From: Dehalococcoidia bacterium
GTDB lineage: Bacteria > Chloroflexota > Dehalococcoidia > Lucifugimonadales > JADFKI01
DNA: 64,000 nucleotides
Direction of reading: 5' to 3'
Assembly (NCBI GenBank): GCA_965203895.1
Contig: CBDBDI010000003.1
Location: 200,584 to 264,583 of the forward strand
Within the stretch, counting starts at the first letter, position 1, and every line of letters begins with the position of its first letter. Shown here piece after piece: positions 1 through 7,628 of the stretch. The notes under the pieces were generated by a model. That model searched no databases and was not told the origin of the DNA. It saw only the letters and a list, made by a program, of their open reading frames with translations. The translations under genes and the position numbers were made by a program.

Positions 1-662
1 ATGAGCGCATCATCAAGGCATCGTCCAACCCCGGCGACATCGTGCTAGACCCATTCGCCGGCTGCGCCACAACGCCAATCGCCGCCGAGCGCCTAGGCCG
101 TCAATGGGTGGGCATCGACATATGGGAAGGGGCTTACCAAACCGTGCTGCATCGCCTGCAATCTGAGGGATTAGCCGTCAAAGACGCCGCCGCGGCCCGC
201 AAATCCGACCAGCCCAACTTGCTGACATTCGGAGACGTCCACTATCTCACAGCACCGCCCAAGCGCACGGATTGCGAAGATCCAATGCCCTACTTCCAAA
301 CGCCCACCGCGCAAACGCGCAGGCGCTATCCGCCGCCCCGTCAGCAGCATCAAAGGTTGCTGGACGACGTCGGGGCGTACTGCCAAGGCTGCGGCGCAAA
401 CTACGGCTTTGATCCGCGCGTCTTGGAAGTGGACCACATACGCCCCAAAGCCGACGGCGGCTCCGACGCCTACGACAACTTGACGCTGCTATGCCCGCCC
501 TGCAACAAGGTCAAGCGCGACCGAATGACCTTGACCGGCTTGCAGCAAGACAACCGCAAAGAAGGCTACCTCAAGCCCGAAAACGAACCCAATCTTAGGC
601 ACGGCAACCCCAACCGTCGCCGCGCGGGCGCGCGCCGACGGGCGTCGACGCGACAGCGCTAG
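1..662 (+). CDS. DNA methyltransferase (C-terminal part, motif I) fused to an HNH endonuclease domain; 5' end lies outside the window
   Basis: The reading frame is open from the window edge (..[39 protein letters not shown], a FxGxG-type SAM motif). The C-terminus carries CQGCG...[30 protein letters not shown], a classic HNH/zinc motif. Confidence 0.8.
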   Translation, partial: ERIIKASSNPGDIVLDPFAGCATTPIAAERLGRQWVGIDIWEGAYQTVLHRLQSEGLAVKDAAAARKSDQPNLLTFGDVHYLTAPPKRTDCEDPMPYFQTPTAQTRRRYPPPRQQHQRLLDDVGAYCQGCGANYGFDPRVLEVDHIRPKADGGSDAYDNLTLLCPPCNKVKRDRMTLTGLQQDNRKEGYLKPENEPNLRHGNPNRRRAGARRRASTRQR

Positions 663-794
663 TCTCGATGCGCGCGCGCTTATGCTCGCATGTGAACGGG
701 CTTGCCGCCCTTGTGTGATAATATCAGCCGCAATGCTGCCGAAGCGTGGGAATGCCGCAGCAGTGGTTTTATTCGCGCATCGGGGGCATAGGGC

Positions 795-1355
795 ATGATG
801 ACTGAAAATTCAAATGACGACGAACAGGTTGACCTGCTGGGCATATCCAAGCGCGAAAAGCGGCTGCACGGCACGGTGTACGCGCTGATAATCCTGGCGT
901 GGAGCGTGATTGCGCTGGCGGACGCGCTTATGGGCGAATGCCGAACAGCGCAGTATCCGCAAACGGGTTGTATAATCGAAGTGGTAAAGTCGATAAGCGC
1001 GGCGGTATTGCCGGCGTTGTTGGCAACAATCGGGCTGGTATGGTTCGGGCGTTCAATCAGAGCAGTGTTCAGGAGGCTGATGATGGTTCTGCCGGTGATA
1101 AGGGACAAGTACGCGGAAAACCTGAAGGAGGCTGAGGCGCGAGGCATCGCAATTGGCGAAGCGCGGGGCGTCGCAATCGGTGAGGAGCGCGGCGTCGAGC
1201 GTGGCGTCGCAATCGGCGAAGCGCGGGGCGAGGAGCGCGGCGTGGCGATTGGCGAAGCCAAGATCAAGGCGGACGCCAAGGCGTGGTATGCCCGCAAGCA
1301 GCGCGCCGAAGACAACGATGAGCCTTTCGACGAGCCGCCGCCGTGGGAGGAGTAG
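795..1355 (+). CDS. Membrane protein with a C-terminal GEARG/GEERG tandem-repeat tract; family unknown
   Basis: Two hydrophobic helices (ALIILAWSVIALADAL, AAVLPALLATIGLVWFG) are followed by EARGIAIGEARGVAIGEERGVERGVAIGEARGEERGVAIGEAK and an acidic tail. Confidence 0.5.
   Translation: MMTENSNDDEQVDLLGISKREKRLHGTVYALIILAWSVIALADALMGECRTAQYPQTGCIIEVVKSISAAVLPALLATIGLVWFGRSIRAVFRRLMMVLPVIRDKYAENLKEAEARGIAIGEARGVAIGEERGVERGVAIGEARGEERGVAIGEAKIKADAKAWYARKQRAEDNDEPFDEPPPWEE
1134..1260 (+). repeat. Imperfect ~24-nt tandem repeats inside the CDS, encoding (V/I)AIGEARG units
   Basis: The unit ggcgtcgcaatcggcgaagcgcgg recurs with variants across this tract. Confidence 0.7.
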
Positions 1356-1480
1356 GAGCGCTCTTACTCCGCCGCGTTCGCGCGCAACGGTCTGGGGAAG
1401 ACATCAATCTGCTCATAAACACATCCGTCGTTTCCCAAATCGGCGCGCGCCGCCAATGCGCCCCAAGCCTTAGGGATTAG

Positions 1481-2731
1481 ATGGAAGGCAACCTTATGCA
1501 AGCCAATGCTCATGCCGCCTATCCGCTGAACCGCAACCTCTTCATTGCGGACAACCTCAGCTTGCTGCGCCATCTCGACAATCAGACCATAGACCTTGTT
1601 TGCATAGATCCGCCCTTCGCCAAGAACCAAACCTTCATCGGCAGTCTGCGTCCGCCCTTAACCGATGATGAACGCAGGCAGTAACTGGAAACTTTGGCGG
1701 CTTGGGGCATCGGAAGCGAGCGCGAGGCGATTGACGCCGGGATAGATTGGCCGGACGCCGAGGACGCCGCCAAGTTCAAGGACATCTGGCGCTGGGAAAA
1801 CGACGTCCACGAAGAGTGGATTGACAGGATAGACGACAACTATCCGGCGCTTGCCAAGGTCATAGACACCGCCCGCTATACGCACAGCGAATCCACCGCC
1901 GCCTACCTGACCTACATGGCTATGCGCCTCATAGAAATACACCGCGTACTCAAGCCAAGCGGCAGCCTCTACCTGCACTGCGACCACAACGCCAACGCAT
2001 ACCTGCGCCTTGCGCTTGACGCCGTGTTCGGGGCGCAAAACTTTCGCAACGATCTGGTATGGAGCTACCGCACCGGCGGCGTCAGCAGGCGATACTGGCC
2101 GCGCAAGCACGATACGATAATGTTCTATGTCAAGTCGGCGGCGTATCGCCACAACCCCGCCCAAGAGCGCGTGTATTATGACAAGCCCTTCTTCACATCC
2201 GCCACCGATGAGGAGGGGCGCTCTTACGCCGATGTGTTCGTGCGCGACGTTTGGGAAGACATCAAGCCGCTCATAAACACATCCGGGGAGCGCACCGGCT
2301 ACCCAACGCAGAAACCGGTCGCCTTAGCCGAGCGCATCATCTTGGCAAGCACGAACCCAGGCGACGTGGTCTTGGACTGCTTCGTCGGATGCGCCTATGT
2401 GCCGGTAGCCGCCGAGCGCAACGGACGCCAGTGGATTGCCTGCGACATATCGCCGCGCGCGCTCACCATTCTGCGGCGGCAGTTCGCCAAGTTTCGCTAC
2501 AGCGTGGACGGCGGCCAGAGCGCCGCCAATGCGCCCGCGCTCATCACCGACGCCGACGTCATCACGCGCTCGCCGTTCGATCTGCCTGAGCGCGCCGACG
2601 AAGATCCGTCAGCGCCCCAAGCCGTCAAAGAGCTTCCGAGCAGACAATTCAAAGTCCCCGCCAGCGTCATCCCCGAAAAAGACATGCTGGAGTTTCTGCT
2701 AGATCTGTCGGGATACACGGCTTGGCGCTGA
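1481..2731 (+). pseudogene. Beta-class DNA methyltransferase (DPPF motif IV) interrupted by an in-frame TAA; paralog of the gene at 1..662
   Basis: LFIADNLSLLRHLDNQTIDLVCIDPPFAKN is followed by TAA at 1682-1684 (..ERRQ*LETLAAWG..). The same frame then resumes with LYLHCDHNANAYL, TGYPTQKPVALAERII and a degenerate motif I (VVLDCFVGCAYVPVAAE). ORFs 1481..1684 and 1694..2731 are in the same frame. Confidence 0.7.
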
Positions 2732-2765
2732 CGGCTTTGCCAATCGTAGAGCCGACGGCAGCATT

Positions 2766-3044
2766 ATGCGGACGACCAATAATTTCCATTTGGACCACAT
2801 AGCGCCCAAATCCAAAGACGGCTCCAACCAAATCACTAATCGCGCGCCGCTATGCCCAACGCATAACATCCGAAAGAGCAATCGCCAAATCTCGCTTGAC
2901 GAATATCGGCAGGAAATCGCCGACGCCGGCGAAATGCTGGTGGCCACCACTGCCGACCTGGTCAACTTGGCGGAAGCGTATCAGAAAGCGCTAGACCGCT
3001 ATGCTCAGGAGATTGTCAGAAGAGAGACGCGCTCAGCGCATTGA
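2766..3044 (+). pseudogene. Detached, degenerate HNH-like domain (remnant of an MTase-HNH fusion)
   Basis: FHLDHIAPKSKDGSNQITNRAPLCPTHNIRKSNR aligns with the HNH of the first copy ([22 protein letters not shown]). The upstream CxxC is lost, CPPCN has become CPTHN, and the frame differs from the methylase, which ends at 2731. Confidence 0.5.
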
Positions 3045-3330
3045 CAGCGCATCGACGCGGCGGCGTGCTAACGCGGCGGCTAATCCCGACGACTTCAGCC
3101 ACCCGCTTACTCGCGCTTGTCTTTGTTGCGTCGCGCCTGTCGATATGTGAACATCTCGGCGCAGGTCGACGCAATCGTATTGCGCGCGCCGCCTTTCGCA
3201 TATCTCCCGCTTTGCGCTGTTGCGCTGGGAATGCCTTGTGAGCGCGGCGGGCAGTGCGCGCGCTAATCTGGTATGTTATGGCTTGCGGGTGAACGTACGC
3301 ATAACCGAAACATCTAAGGAGCGCATAGCA

Positions 3331-3729
3331 ATGGCATACGCTATCAACCATGTTCACATAAGATCGGCGGATCCGCGCGCATCGGCGGCGTGGTATGAGT
3401 GCCACTTCGGCGCAAAGACGCTGTCCGAAAGAGAGGTGATGCCCGGAACGATAACAATCAGCATGGACGCCGGCGGGCCGGTTCGGCTCAACATATCGTC
3501 CAAGCCGCAGGGTTCGTCGGATGAGCGGGCGGTCGCCGAACTGAATCGGCTCGGCTTGGAACACTTCGGCTTCGACGTGGATGACATAGACGCCGATATA
3601 GCGCGGCTGCAGGCGGCGGGAGTGCGCGTGGCGCTGCCGATAACCGAGGTGGCGGGCGGGACGAGATTGGCGTACATCGAGGGCCCGGATGATGTGCTGA
3701 TCGAGCTTGTGCAGCCGGCGAACAGGTAG
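3331..3729 (+). CDS. VOC family protein (glyoxalase/bleomycin-resistance/dioxygenase fold)
   Basis: MAYAINHVHIRSADPRASAAWYECHFGAK...LGLEHFGFDVDDIDADIARLQAAGVRV. The ATG at 3331 is preceded by aagga. The longer ORF starting at 3220 has no support. Confidence 0.75.
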   Translation: MAYAINHVHIRSADPRASAAWYECHFGAKTLSEREVMPGTITISMDAGGPVRLNISSKPQGSSDERAVAELNRLGLEHFGFDVDDIDADIARLQAAGVRVALPITEVAGGTRLAYIEGPDDVLIELVQPANR

Positions 3730-3820
3730 GCGGCATTCGCGCGCGCGGGCATACTCATGCCCGGCGTGTCTTTTCGCGATACCGATCCAGGCGGCATTCG
3801 CGCGCGCGGGCATACTTATG
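3728..3820 (+). repeat. Two copies of a 32-nt direct repeat, 61 bp apart
   Basis: aggcggcattcgcgcgcgcgggcatactcatg (3728-3759) and aggcggcattcgcgcgcgcgggcatacttatg (3789-3820). The first copy includes the small hairpin gggcat-actc-atgccc. Confidence 0.85.
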
Positions 3821-3840
3821 GGCATCCCAAGATGGATGGC

Positions 3841-3866
3841 TTTAGCGCAAAGGCGCAGAGATGAAC
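3841..3866 (+). repeat. Short variant of the dispersed repeat
   Basis: tttagcgcaaaggcgcagagatgaac shares both ends with the 7183 copy (..aaagatgaac) but lacks one octamer. Confidence 0.7.
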
Positions 3867-3886
3867 TTGAACGCGGGGAGGCAGAT

Positions 3887-4207
3887 ATGAGCGATGAGGT
3901 TGTGCGCTGGCCGGAGGTGCGGCAAATCCTGTCCGATATTATGCAGCGCTGGGAGCGACGCGAAAAGCGGCGGGGACTGCCGGGCATACACGGCTACTAC
4001 TGGGACACGCCGCAGGAGCTTGCGGACGATTCCGCTATGGGTATGAAGTTCATCGAGGCGGGCGTGCCGGCGTCCGAAACGGCGCTGGTGGTATCGCTGC
4101 GGCGCGGGCTTGGCAGCATACCCAAGATGCCTATGGGCGGGCCGTTCCTCACTGAAGAGGATATTCGCAAGATTGAAGACTGGATCGACAACGGAATGCC
4201 TGAGTGA
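3887..4207 (+). CDS. Hypothetical protein (106 aa)
   Basis: The ATG at 3887 follows ggggag. The protein-like sequence is MSDEVVRWPEVRQILSDIMQRWERRE..GYYWDTPQELA..MGGPFLTEEDIRKIEDWIDNGMPE. No family recognised. Confidence 0.55.
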   Translation: MSDEVVRWPEVRQILSDIMQRWERREKRRGLPGIHGYYWDTPQELADDSAMGMKFIEAGVPASETALVVSLRRGLGSIPKMPMGGPFLTEEDIRKIEDWIDNGMPE

Positions 4208-4246
4208 GAGCGTCGTCGCGTTCGGCGTTACAAGAGAGGTTCGGCG

Positions 4247-4681
4247 ATGGCGGAAAGACCTACAAGCAGCGTGCAGGTGGAATGGCAAGGCGGCTTCAGG
4301 TTCGCGGCGCAGGACGCGCATGGGCATAGCGTAACCGTGGACGCGCCGCAAAGCGATGGGGACGCATTCGCGGGAATGATGCCCGGCGATCTGCTGCTGA
4401 CAAGCCTTGCGGGATGCAGCGGGATCGATGTGGTGAACATACTGCGGCGGCAGCGGCAGGCTGTGCGCGGCCTCAGCGTCGACGTGCGCGGCGAGCAGCT
4501 TCCGGATGCGCCCTGGACTTGGGTTGCGGTTCGGTTGGAGTACACGATACGAGGGCGAGGGTTGAGCGAGGCGGCGGTGCGGCGCGCGATAGATCTTTCG
4601 GAGCGCAAATACTGCTCCATCGGGGCAACGCTCGCCGGGCGCACAACCATAACTAGCGGCTATACCATCGTGGAGGAATAA
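4247..4681 (+). CDS. OsmC family peroxiredoxin-like protein
   Basis: GMMPGDLLLTSLAGCSGIDVVNILRRQR ... ERKYCSIGATL show the two conserved Cys contexts typical of OsmC/Ohr. Confidence 0.8.
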   Translation: MAERPTSSVQVEWQGGFRFAAQDAHGHSVTVDAPQSDGDAFAGMMPGDLLLTSLAGCSGIDVVNILRRQRQAVRGLSVDVRGEQLPDAPWTWVAVRLEYTIRGRGLSEAAVRRAIDLSERKYCSIGATLAGRTTITSGYTIVEE

Positions 4682-4701
4682 CGGCGCGCGCGGCGGGGCG
4701 G

Positions 4702-4728
4702 TTTTAACGCAAAGGCGCAAAAGGGGGG
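4702..4728 (+). repeat. Short variant of the dispersed repeat
   Basis: ttttaacgcaaaggcgcaaaagggggg, 21 nt after the OsmC stop. It is preceded by ggcggggcgg, as at 7171. Confidence 0.75.
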
Positions 4729-4793
4729 CGGTGTGTGGTATTATCTTGAGGTATTGCCGCCGGCGGTGAAGCGGCTAGGAAAGGATTTTCGCG

Positions 4794-5027
4794 ATGTCGA
4801 CCGAAACGCGGGAACGGACTGATGCCGACGTCGACGCCCCCGACGCCAAGGCAAAATGGGCGACTAAGGCGGATGTCGACGTAGTGTTGTCGAAGGTCGC
4901 TGAACAGAGCGTAGAAGTTGGCAAGACTCACACCACGCTGAAGTGGATTGCGTGGATACTCGGCGGGCTGTTCCTGATGGTAGCGGCGCTGGTGTTCTTG
5001 TTGCTTGCCATTGCGTTGCGCCTTTAG
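4794..5027 (+). CDS. Small tail-anchored membrane protein, copy 1 of a tandem pair
   Basis: 77 aa: an acidic N-terminus, KWATKADVDVVLSKVAEQSVEVGKTHTTLKWIAW, then the TM helix ILGGLFLMVAALVFLLLAIALRL. RBS aggaaagga. Confidence 0.65.
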   Translation: MSTETRERTDADVDAPDAKAKWATKADVDVVLSKVAEQSVEVGKTHTTLKWIAWILGGLFLMVAALVFLLLAIALRL

Positions 5028-5080
5028 CGGGCGGCGAGCGAAAGGTTGCGCAGGCAAGCGGCTAGGGAAGGATTTTCGCT

Positions 5081-5311
5081 ATGGCAACTGAAACGCAAGA
5101 ACGGGCTGACACCGACGTCGACGACATCGACAAGATGAAATGGGCGACGAAGGCGGATGTCGACGCCGTGTTGGCGAAGGTCGCTGAACAGAGCGTCGAA
5201 GTCGGCAAGACTCACACCACGCTGAAGTGGATTGCGTGGATACTTGGCGGGCTGTTCCTGATGGTGGCGGCGCTGGTGTTTTTGCTGCTCGCCATTGCGC
5301 TGCGCCTTTAG
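5081..5311 (+). CDS. Small tail-anchored membrane protein, copy 2 of a tandem pair
   Basis: 76 aa, near-identical to copy 1 from KWATKADVD to the C-terminus. It lies on a 287-bp tandem duplication that includes the RBS and the post-stop sequence tagcgggcggcg. Confidence 0.65.
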   Translation: MATETQERADTDVDDIDKMKWATKADVDAVLAKVAEQSVEVGKTHTTLKWIAWILGGLFLMVAALVFLLLAIALRL

Positions 5312-5471
5312 CGGGCGGCGCGCGAAAGACTATTGCAGTCTGACAGTGCAAAGCCTAATCCGCTTATCGCATCCAAGCCTATGCCAATACGCTAAACGAA
5401 CTATACGCCGAACCCAAACGAAAGCACACACAAACACACCCATATCACTATCACCCTAAGGAGGCGCTTCA

Positions 5472-6164
5472 TTGCCAAACCTGACTCCGGAGCAGCTGGA
5501 AACTCTGCGGCAGATTCCGTCCTGCTCTATCGCCAACGCCATCGAGACTTTCGATGTGATGCCGCGCACTGAGGGCTTTATGCTGCCCGCCATCAAGTCC
5601 ATATTCCCGGATATGGAGCATATGATTGGCTATGCGGTTACCGCCGTCATATCCGCCGATATGCCGCCAAGCGCTCATATGAATGTGTCCCGCCTCGACT
5701 GGGTGGACGCGATACTGCAGGTTCCGGAGCCGCGCGTGCTGGTGCTGAAGGACATCGACTATCCCAACGTCATAGGCTCGTTTTGGGGCGAAGTGCAGGC
5801 GAACATTCACAAGGCGCTCGGCTGCGTGGGGACAGTTACGGACGGCGGCGTGCGCGATCTGGACGAAATGCGCGAGCTGGGCTTCAACGCCTTCGCCTCC
5901 GATGTGCTGGTGTCCCACGCCTATGTGCATCTGGTAGAGGTTGGAACGCCGGTTGCCGTCGGCGGGCTTGATGTGCGAATGGGCGACATCATCATGGGCG
6001 ATAAGCACGGCGTCATCAAAGTGCCGCACGACATCGCCGCCGCCGTCCCCGCCGCCGTCAAGCGCGTGGAAGACAGGGAGCGAGAGATGATTAGCCTCTG
6101 CCAAGCGCCCGATTTCAGCGTGGACAAGCTCAAGGCGCAGCTCCGCAAGATGTACGGCGGGTAA
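5472..6164 (+). CDS. RraA family protein (RNase E regulator / HMG-aldolase-like fold)
   Basis: GSFWGEVQANIHKALGCVGTVTDGGVRDLDEMRELGF. A TTG start follows the strong RBS aaggagg. Confidence 0.75.
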   Translation: MPNLTPEQLETLRQIPSCSIANAIETFDVMPRTEGFMLPAIKSIFPDMEHMIGYAVTAVISADMPPSAHMNVSRLDWVDAILQVPEPRVLVLKDIDYPNVIGSFWGEVQANIHKALGCVGTVTDGGVRDLDEMRELGFNAFASDVLVSHAYVHLVEVGTPVAVGGLDVRMGDIIMGDKHGVIKVPHDIAAAVPAAVKRVEDREREMISLCQAPDFSVDKLKAQLRKMYGG

Positions 6165-6194
6165 CGGGCAAACGGATAACAAGAGGTGTGCGCT

Positions 6195-7166
6195 ATGTCG
6201 GCAAAGGTGGTGTTTCTACACGGGCTGCGGCCTGAGATTGTGGATGTAATCACGGGACACACGCCGCAGGGTTGGACGACGACCGCGGTTCACCGCGACG
6301 AGCCGCTCGATCGTCAGACGGCGCTGGCGCGCGGCGCCGATTTCCTGATGGTGTATGCCGCGCCGCTGCCCGACGAAGTTCTGCGCGCCGCGGACAAAAC
6401 TCGCCTAGTGCAGCTTCTGGCGGCGGGCTACGATAGGATGAACCTGCCCCTGATGAGCGCGCTGGAAGTCCCCTGCGCCAACAACGGCGGCGCGAATTCA
6501 TGGGCGGTGGCAGACCATACATTGCTGCTGATGCTGGCGGTCTATCGGCGGCAGACGCACGCCGATCCCGCAACGCGCGCCGGCCGCTGGAGCGCGCCCA
6601 TAAGCGGCACGAACACCTTCGAGATGGCGAACAAACTCGTGGGCGTACTCGGTATGGGCAACATCGGGCGGCAGGTGGCGCGCCGCGTTCAGGGCTTTGA
6701 CGCGCAGGTTCAGTATTACGATATGTATCCGCTGCCGGAAGAGCGCGAGCGTGAGCTAAATGTGCGGCGGGTTTCGCTCGATACGCTGTTTCGCGCGTCG
6801 GACATTCTCACCTGCCACACGCCGCTTACGCCCGATACGCATCACATCGTCAACCGCGAGCGCCTGGCGCTGATGAAGCCCACGGCGGTTGTCATCAACA
6901 CAAGCCGCGGCCCCGTGGTGGATGAAGCGGCGCTGATAGAGGCGCTGCGGCAGGGCAGGATTGCGGGCGCAGGCTTGGATGTGTTTGAGCGAGAGCCGGT
7001 GGATCCCGCCAACCCGCTGCTTGCGATGGACAATGTGGTGGTAACGCCGCACAGCGCCGGGACTACTTGGGACACCTGGTTTCGGCGCGCCGAATTCGCG
7101 TATGAGAATATGATGCGCGTTTGGAACGGCGAAGCGCCGCTTGCCATAGCGCGGGAATTCGACTAG
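6195..7166 (+). CDS. D-isomer-specific 2-hydroxyacid dehydrogenase family (NAD-binding)
   Basis: VGVLGMGNIGRQVARRV (Rossmann motif), INTSRGPVVDEAALIEAL, GAGLDVFEREP, TPHSAG. The ATG at 6195 lies 8 nt after aagagg. Confidence 0.85.
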   Translation: MSAKVVFLHGLRPEIVDVITGHTPQGWTTTAVHRDEPLDRQTALARGADFLMVYAAPLPDEVLRAADKTRLVQLLAAGYDRMNLPLMSALEVPCANNGGANSWAVADHTLLLMLAVYRRQTHADPATRAGRWSAPISGTNTFEMANKLVGVLGMGNIGRQVARRVQGFDAQVQYYDMYPLPEERERELNVRRVSLDTLFRASDILTCHTPLTPDTHHIVNRERLALMKPTAVVINTSRGPVVDEAALIEALRQGRIAGAGLDVFEREPVDPANPLLAMDNVVVTPHSAGTTWDTWFRRAEFAYENMMRVWNGEAPLAIAREFD

Positions 7167-7182
7167 CGGCGGCGGTAGGCGG

Positions 7183-7216
7183 TTTTAACGCAAAGGCGCA
7201 GGGACGCAAAGATGAA
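7183..7216 (+). repeat. Dispersed octamer-periodic repeat, full copy
   Basis: ttttaacgcaaaggcgcagggacgcaaagatgaac, 17 nt after the 2-hydroxyacid dehydrogenase stop. Confidence 0.85.
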
Positions 7217-7249
7217 CGGATACGATAATAAAGATAACGGGAGGGCGAT

Positions 7250-7561
7250 TTGGAACCGGTCATAAAGAACTATGAAGGCGAAGCCAATCCGATTTTGGGG
7301 CCGCAGGACGGCGTTCCCAACTATGTGATGCTGTATGTGCAGCATCCGCCGGGCGGCGCAAGCCCGGGACACATACACGCTTGGGAGCATCAGGCGTTCA
7401 TCACGGAAGGGGCGGGTGTGCTGTGGGTTGAAGGCAAAGAGTATCCCATCAAGCGGGGGGACGCCGTGCTTGTGCCGCCCAATGTGGAGCATCAGTTTCG
7501 CAATACGGGCGATGTTACGCTGAGCCGCGTAACCGTGAACCCGCTCAGTTCGGTGGAGTAG
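7250..7561 (+). CDS. Cupin domain protein
   Basis: GGASPGHIHAWEHQAFITEGAG...GDAVLVPPNVEHQFRNTG (cupin motifs 1 and 2). A TTG start follows gggagg. Confidence 0.8.
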   Translation: MEPVIKNYEGEANPILGPQDGVPNYVMLYVQHPPGGASPGHIHAWEHQAFITEGAGVLWVEGKEYPIKRGDAVLVPPNVEHQFRNTGDVTLSRVTVNPLSSVE

Positions 7562-7628
7562 CGCGGCAAGTCTGCCTATAAGCCAAGCGTTTCACTAAGG
7601 ACGGACTGGTGCGGTTAGTTGCGCGCCC

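Noticed and set aside
1682-1684. Programmed readthrough or recoding at the in-frame TAA of the second methyltransferase.
   Set aside because: There is no recoding context. The same gene also has a degraded SAM motif, a downstream frame break and lost HNH cysteines, so decay (or a sequencing error) is the simpler explanation.
3016-4720. Long minus-strand ORFs (3016..3987, 3842..4720), and similar ones elsewhere: 20404..21426, 20898..22178, 23707..24495, 25325..26170, 29471..30457, 31496..32518, 60994..61770.
   Set aside because: They are Arg/Pro/His-rich with no motifs and lie antisense to well-supported genes (VOC/OsmC, MFS, the orphan gene, SDR, nadA/nadC, TolB-like, NIPSNAP). These are typical shadow ORFs of GC-rich DNA.
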